From the NCBI GenBank assembly GCA_964016885.1, contig CAXHJY010000059.1:1-57012 (forward strand): DNA of 57,012 nt, in the 5' to 3' direction. Position 1 is the first letter of the stretch. Each line of letters starts with the position of its first letter. Shown piece after piece: positions 50,310-57,012 of this stretch. The notes beneath the pieces were generated by a model. That model did no database searches and was not told the DNA's origin. It saw only the letters and a program-made list of their open reading frames with translations. Source of the stretch: Eledone cirrhosa (Eukaryota). The position numbers and the translations under genes are program-made.

Positions 50310-51560
50310 CGTTGCCAATACTATCTGTTGCTACTTAGGAAAGTATGTTTATATTGGTCTTTCCATTGCTGATACTGTCTGTCAGTCACAACTCCTGGCA
50401 GAAGAAAGGAGCTGGTTGTCGGAGATGATTGTCAGATCAGACCAAGGAAACAATGTTTCCATTGGTCTTTCCATTGCTGATACTATCTGTCAGGACCAAC
50501 TCTTGGCAGAAGAAAGGAGCTGATTGTCAGATCAGACCAAGGAAACAATGTTTCCATTGGTCTTTCCATTGCTGATACTATCTGTTGGTCACAACTCCTG
50601 GAAAAAGAAAGGAGCTCATCATCAGATCAGACCAAGGAAACAATGTTTCTATTGGTCTTTCCATTACTGATACTCTCTGTTGGTCACAACTGACAGAAGA
50701 AAGGAGCTGATCATCAGATCAAACCAAGGAAACAATGTTTCCATTGCTGATACTGTCTGTCAGTCACAACTCCTGGCAGAAGAAAGGAGCTGATCATCAA
50801 ATCAAACCAAGGAAACAATGTTTCCATTGGTCTTTCCATTGCTGATACTATCTGTCAGGACCAACTCCTGACAGAAGAAAGGAGCTGATTGTCAGATCAG
50901 ACCAAGGAAACAATGTTTCCATTGGTCTTTCCATTGTTGATACTATCTGTTGGTCACAACTCCTGACAGAAGAAAGGAGCCGATTGTCAGATCAGACCAA
51001 GGAAACAATGTCTCCATTGGTCTTTCCATTGCTGATACTATCTGTCAGGACCAACTCCTGGCAGAAGAAAGGAGCTGATTGTCAGATCAGACCAAGGAAA
51101 CAATGTTTCCATTGGTCTTTCCATTACTGATACTTTCTGTCAGGACCAACTCCTAGCAGAAGAAGGGAGCTGATTGTTAGATCAGACCAAGGAAACAATG
51201 TCTCCATTGGTCTTTCCATTACTGATACTTTCTGTCAGGACCAACTCCTGGCAGAAGAAAGGAGCTGATCATCAGATCAGACCAAGGAAAGGACCAACTC
51301 CTGGCAGAAGAAAGGAGCTGATCGTCAGATCAGACCAAGGAAAGAATGTTTCCATTGGTATTTCGATCATTGATACTATCTGTTAGTATCAAAGAACCAA
51401 TGTTTCCATTGGTCTTTGCACTGTTGATAATATCTGTTGGTACCAAGGAGCCAATGTTTCCATTGGTCTTTCTATTGCTGATACTATCTGTTAGTATCAA
51501 ACAAACAATGTTTTCATTGGTCTTTCAATTTCTAATGATATCTGGTGGTCACGATACCTG
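50310..51560. repeat. 95-bp minisatellite (~11 copies), decaying at both ends
   Basis: ccaaggaaa at 50442, 50537, 50632, 50724, 50807, 50902, 50997, 51092, 51187, 51282, 51335. Confidence 0.95.
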
Positions 51561-51810
51561 ACAAATGAAAGGAGTCAATTTTCAAAGAGCGGCATTTAAA
51601 CTATATTTCCTTCGGGTTTTTCCTTGCTAATACTATCTGGAAGTAACACTAAGAGGCAGGAATGTCAACGCTTTTTTTTATTTTCTACTGACTGGAGGCA
51701 GAAAGTAAACACAGAATGCTCAGATCCGGTATCTAGTCTGACATTTTAACAATTTAAATTTTTGCTAATCCAATACACCGACTAGTTTTATTATATGCCT
51801 AGCCAACGGA

Positions 51811-51873
<63 letters not shown>

Positions 51874-52869
51874 GTGTGTATATGTGAGTATATGTGTGTG
51901 TGTGAGTATATATGTGTGTGTGTGAGTATATATATGTGTGTGTGAGTATATATGTGTGTGTGTGTGTGAGTATATATGTGTGTATGTATGTATATATATA
52001 TATAAATATATATGTGTGCATGTATGTGTGAACCTAATACCTTTCGTAACTGTACTCGTTGTTATTTACTTTTCCAATATGTATATATATATATATATAT
52101 ATATACATATATATACATATACATATACATCTATATATACATACATATATACATATATATATACATATAAACATACGTACATGAATAGATACATACATAC
52201 ATATATGTTTGGTGTGCGCGTATATAGAAACATACGTACATACATACATACATACATACATACATACATACATACATACATACATACATACATACAGAGA
52301 GAGAGAGAAACAGATACATCCATACAGCCACACACTCACACACACACACACAGACAAATACAAATTCATGTCTACACACACACACACATGGCTTTAAATA
52401 GACCTGCTTACATACATCCAATCGTAACAAATCCGTAAAAACATATCCTCATACATCTATTGCTGCAAACCCACAAACACACACACACACAAATATATAC
52501 ACATACAAACATACATATACACATACACACATAAAACACGTATTTATATAAACATACATACATATACACATAGATATACACATACAAACATACATACATA
52601 AACACACATACACATACAAACATACATACATATACACATACAAACATACACATACACACCCACATATATATATACATATATATATATACATACATACTAT
52701 CACACAAAGAAACATACGTACAAACACACAAAGAAACATACGTACAAACACACACACATATATATATATACTAACATACATACACATATATACACACACA
52801 CACACATACATACACTCACATACACTCACATATACACGCACATACACACAGGTACACACACAAAGTGTA

Positions 52870-53067
52870 AAACTAAAAGACGGAAGGAAGAAATGAAATA
52901 GACGAGATTAACATGTTAAAGACGAGATGGCATGACAAGCGCCATCTATACACAGACAACAGATAAAACGCTACTTCCGGTAAAAGGAGCAATTTTTCGC
53001 GGCAAATCTGGCTGGAATTCCGGCTGAAAGCCGAAAGAGTAAATCTACGATCTACTGGAATATTGGC
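52870..53067. promoter_or_regulatory. Unique island with CTCF-like and ETS motifs
   Basis: agcgccatcta from 52938; acttccggt 52973-52981. Confidence 0.35.
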
Positions 53068-53189
53068 TGTGTGTGTATGTGTGTGTCTATGTGTGAGTGT
53101 GTATGTGAGTGTGTGAGTGTGTGTGTGTATGTATGTGTGTGAGCATACGTGTGTATGTGTATATACATATATGTGTGTATATATATATA

Positions 53190-53220
<31 letters not shown>

Positions 53221-53337
53221 GTGAGTGTGTATATATATATATGTGTGTGTATGCATGTGTAAATTTACATATATATATGTGTGTGTATATATATATATAT
53301 ATATGTGAGAAAATGTATATATATATGTGTGTGTATG

Positions 53338-53370
<33 letters not shown>

Positions 53371-53753
53371 ATATGTGTCTATGTGCCCGTGTATATGTGT
53401 CTGTATATATATATATATATATATATATACATGTGTGGGTACGTGTATTGTGTATTTATATATATATGTATTTGCTTGGGTGTGTTCATATATAACAAAT
53501 CCGTACCCCTCTATGTATATATACATATGTACACACACACTCACGTATATATATACACACACCTACATATTTATATATATATATACACACACACAAACAC
53601 ATATATATATACACACACCTACATATTTATATATATATACACACACATATATATACACATATATATATATATATATATACCTATGTACAGACACACACAA
53701 ACACATACATAAGTACAGACTCAGATATATATATATATATATAAGTATACACA

Positions 53754-53810
<57 letters not shown>

Positions 53811-53894
53811 GAGCACACACACACATATATACACACACACACACACACATAACACACATACAAGTATCTGTGTAGCCAGTGTGTGTGTGTGTGT

Positions 53895-54112
53895 CACTTC
53901 GGACTGTTTGTGTTCTCTTCTGCTATGTGTGTATTTAGACAAGATGGCAGATAGATGGCAGCACAAGCGGAAAAGTGACGAGTCAGCCATTTTGAACCGG
54001 AAGTGACATCATTCCTTCCGATAGGTTAATGAGAGGATATCGACGTTATAAAAGACGAAGACATGCAACTCGTCGTGGGCTGTGTGGAGCGCGTTGACAT
54101 GTTGAGTGGTTG
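53895..54112. promoter_or_regulatory. Unique island with YY1, CTCF-like and ETS motifs
   Basis: aagatggc 53941; tagatggcagcac 53952-53964; gccatttt 53986-53993; accggaagtg 53996-54005. Confidence 0.4.
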
Positions 54113-54114
54113 TC

Positions 54115-55100
54115 TGATGGTGGTGTGGTGTGGTGTGGTGTACTAGTGGTGGTGGTGTGGTGTGGTGTGGTGGTGTGATGTGGTGTGGTGGTGGTGTGAT
54201 GTGGTGTGGTGGTGGTGTGGTGGTGGTGTAGGTGTGGTGGTGGTGTGGTGTTGGTGGTGTGGTGTTGGTGGTGTGGTGTGGTGTAGGTGTGATGGTGGTG
54301 TGCTGTGGTTAGTGTACTAGTGGTGTGGTGGTGGTGTGGTGGTGGTGTAGGTGTGGTGGTGGTGTGGTGTTGGTGGTGTGGTGTGGTGTAGGTGTGATGG
54401 TGGTGTGCTGTGGTGTAGTGTACTAGTTGTGGTGGTGTATTGTTGGTGTGGTGTGGTGTAGTAGTGGTGGTGGTGTGATGTGGTGGTGGTGTAGTAGTGG
54501 TGGTGGTGTGGTGTGGTGGTGTGGTGTGGTGGTGGTGTGGTGTGGTTGTGTGGTGTGGTGGTGGTGTAATGGTGGTGGTGTAGTGGTGTTGGTGTAGTAA
54601 TGGTGGTGGTGTAGTGGTTTTGGTGGTGGTGTGGTGGTGTGGTGTAGTAATGGTGGTGGTGTATTGTTGGTGGTGGTGTGGTGTAGTGTAGTGTACTAGT
54701 GGTATTGGTGTGGTGTGGTGTAGTGTAGTAGTGGTGGTGGTGTGGTCGTGGTGTGGTCGTGGTGGTGGTGTGGTGTAGTGTAGTAATGGTGGTGGTGTAG
54801 GTGGTGTCGTGTGGTGGTGTGGTGTGGTATAGTAGTCGTGGTGGTCTGGTGGTGGTGTAGTGGTGTTGATGGTGTAGTGCGGTGTTGGTGATGTAGTGTA
54901 GTAATGGTGGTGGTGGTCGTGTTCATGGTATGGTATGGTGGTGCTGATGGTTGTCTGTCTGGTGGTGGTGTGGTGTAGTAGTGGTTCTGGTGGTTGTCCG
55001 ATGGTGGTGGTGGTGGTGATTGTGTTTGTGGCAGTGGCGTTGTTTTCTGGTGGTGTGGTGGCCTGCTAGTGATGGCCTAGTGGTGGTGTTGGTGGCGACA
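54115..55100. repeat. (GTG/GTGTG/GTA)n tract
   Basis: Direct reading. Confidence 0.92.
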
Positions 55101-55724
55101 GTTGTCAACGGAAATTGTTAAGATGGCCAATGAAGTGCCAGATGCAAACTAAACCCTGAGTCGTATGGAGAGGAAAAATTGGTGGGAGATAGAGTTAATG
55201 TGGAGGAAGGGTCGGGTAGAAAATTCCGGAGGGGTCGTATAAGAGGAGGGTGGAGAGGAAGAGGGGGAGGGTGAGAGGAAGAGGGGAGGGTGAGAGGAAG
55301 AGGGGGGGGGGGGGGTGAGAGGAAGGGGGAAGGGTGAATGTGAGAGGAATGGGGGAAGGGGTGAGAGGAAGGGGGGAAGGGGTGTGGAAGGGAGGAAGGG
55401 GGGAAAGGTAGAGGGGAAGGTTAAGGTGAGAAGAATTACAGTTTTATCGATAAGTAGAAGAGATCAAGAGATAAAGCAATGGTTGATAATCAATTGATTT
55501 TTCGAAGCGGGTGGGGAAGAAGAGAGAGAAAGAGCATGATTGAGTGTGGTTTGAAAGAAGAAAAAGGAAAAGAAGAAGAAGAAAAAGGAAAAGAAAAAGA
55601 AGAAAAAGGAAAAGAAGAAGAAAAAGAAAAAAGGAAATGTAGAAAAAGTAGAAAAAGAAAAAAAGAAAAGAAGAAACGGAAAAAGGTAAAGAGGAAAGTA
55701 AAGAAGAAGGTGAAGAAGATTTTA

Positions 55725-55905
55725 CGGGCAAAAACCAACCGGCAGACCTCGAGTAAGATGGTTGGGTAACATCCATGAGCTTGGCTGGTCCTTACTTGGG
55801 ATCCACTCAGATTAGTTGGAGACGAATTGCTTCTGATAGGACTCGATCGAAGGAGTTTGAGGACTCTGCTCCCTCGACTCTCTCTCGGGAATAAGTGGGC
55901 GAAGA
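55725..55905 (+). mobile_element. Degraded RTE (Rex3/Expander-like) LINE 3' end
   Basis: GRPRVRWLGNIHELGWSLLGI..., IASDR, LRTLLPR across frameshifts; followed by a GAA/A-rich tail. Confidence 0.7.
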
Positions 55906-56280
55906 AAAAAAAATAGAAAAAGAAGGAAAAAGAAGGAAAAGAAAAAGAAGGAAAAGAAGGAAAAGGAAATGAAGGAAAAGAAGGAAAAAGGAAATGAAGG
56001 AAATGAAGGAAAAGGAAATAGAAGGAAAAGAAGGAAAAGGAAATGAAGGAAAAGAAGGAAATGAAGGAAAAGAAGGAAAAGGAAATGAAGGAAAAGAAGG
56101 AAAAGGAAATGAAGGAAAAAAGAAACAGAAGAAAAAAGGAGCAGAAGAAGGAAAAGAAAGAAAAAGAAAATGAAAAAGAAGAAAGAAAAAAAGAAAATGA
56201 AAAAGAAGAAAGAGAAAAGAAGAAAAAAGAAATTAAAGAAAAAGAAAGAAAAAAGAAAGAAAACGACAAAGAAAAAGACA
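55901..56280. repeat. Polypurine GAA-rich tract (similar tracts 55240-55430, 55555-55720, 56820-57012)
   Basis: Direct reading. Confidence 0.93.
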
Positions 56281-56369
56281 TGGGTGTGAGGAGTGTGTTT
56301 GTGTGTGCAAAAATTCAAAGGAAACAACACAGTACAACGAAGAAAAGAAGACTTGATTTAGTAGGAAAA

Positions 56370-56418
56370 CCGTCCTTAACGTTTTGGGGACACTAGTCCC
56401 CTTCATCAGAAGATAGCA
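56370..56418 (-). ncRNA. Degenerate minimal hammerhead motif (second family)
   Basis: Minus: tctt CTGATGA a ggggac tagt gtcccc AAAA cgtt aagg. Perfect 6-bp stem II; GAAA reads AAAA. Confidence 0.5.
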
Positions 56419-56597
56419 TGAGAAATAAAAAATGAAATAGAAAGAGAGTGAGAAGAGGAAGAAACGGAAACAAATTTGAGAAAAAAGCACGTGTGTATTC
56501 AGTCAGCCATTTTGGAGAAAATATATTGGTGTGTCCCTGTGCATGCGCGAAAGATAAACTCGTAAACAGATCACGATTATAAACTATAATTCAGCAC

Positions 56598-56742
56598 AGT
56601 ACTCGATACTCGAGTTAGAGTGGAAGATAGAGTACAGTCAGGGCCTTACGTCTGAGCTTTTTGCCGTAACGACACCACACACCAAATTCCAAGTCAGTTT
56701 GGAGGTTGCCGTTGAAACCCCAGCAGCTCAGCCGTCGGGCCC
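56598..56742. repeat. Diverged member of the 39871 palindrome family (b'-a'-a)
   Basis: ttgccgttgaaaccccagcagctcagccgtcgggcccc aligns ungapped to tagccgtcgaaacggcttgagctcagccgtcggggtcc; agtactcgatact resembles agtactcaatact. Confidence 0.6.
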
Positions 56743-57012
56743 CATATATATATGTGTGTTTGTGTGTAAAAAGGTAAACAGAAATTACACCACAATCGGT
56801 AACTGTATGAGAGAATGGGGGGGGGGGAGGGAAGAGAAAAAGAGAAAAGGAGAGAGAAAGAGAAAGAGAGAGAAAAAGAGAGAGAAATAGGGAGAGAGAA
56901 AAGGAGAGAGAAAAGGAGAGAGAAAAGAGAGAGAAAAGGGAGAGAAAAGAGAGAGAAAAGAGAGAGAAAAGAGAGAGAAAAGGGGAGAAAAGGAGAGAGA
57001 AAAGGAGAGAGA

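Noticed and set aside
50310-51560. CRISPR array, coding repeat or satellite hammerhead
   Set aside because: No unique spacers, the 95-bp period breaks frame, and the hammerhead core is incomplete.
55315-56490. Lys/Glu-rich and Phe/Ser-rich ORFs
   Set aside because: Polypurine tract translations.

Overview
Eukaryotic, repeat-saturated DNA with no recognisable host protein-coding gene. The microsatellite load and the SINE/LINE tails resemble cephalopod (octopus-like) repeats; this is inference from memory, not a search result. Bases 1-39.2 kb are a tandem composite macro-repeat of about six units (4-9 kb each), built from four modules separated by long (TA)n-based tracts. Module A is a minus-strand, ~610-bp internally deleted RTE-like element ending in a C2H2 finger. 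Module B is a 5'-truncated CR1-group LINE RT with its 3' tail. Module C contains a ~280-bp inverted repeat. Module D is an RTE-clade LINE 3' end with a (GAT)n tail. The main hidden feature is that each arm of the module C inverted repeat is a minimal type I hammerhead ribozyme motif (CUGACGA, stem II, GAAA, short palindrome-like stem III, UA, stem I), one per strand, as known from Penelope-like elements and retrozymes: 12 motifs in 6 hairpins, 10 without an obvious core lesion. Units differ by a microhomology fusion, a 6x112-bp amplification, deletions and mosaic SNPs. Bases 39.2-57 kb hold more RTE 3' ends, two tRNA-derived SINEs, nested palindromes carrying half-hammerheads, a further near-complete hammerhead, a 95-bp minisatellite, large microsatellites, and short unique islands with ETS/YY1/CTCF-like motifs at C-to-G strand-skew switches. 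Almost all long ORFs in the track are microsatellite artefacts. Coordinates were read by eye and may be off by a few bases; no ribozyme activity is demonstrated.
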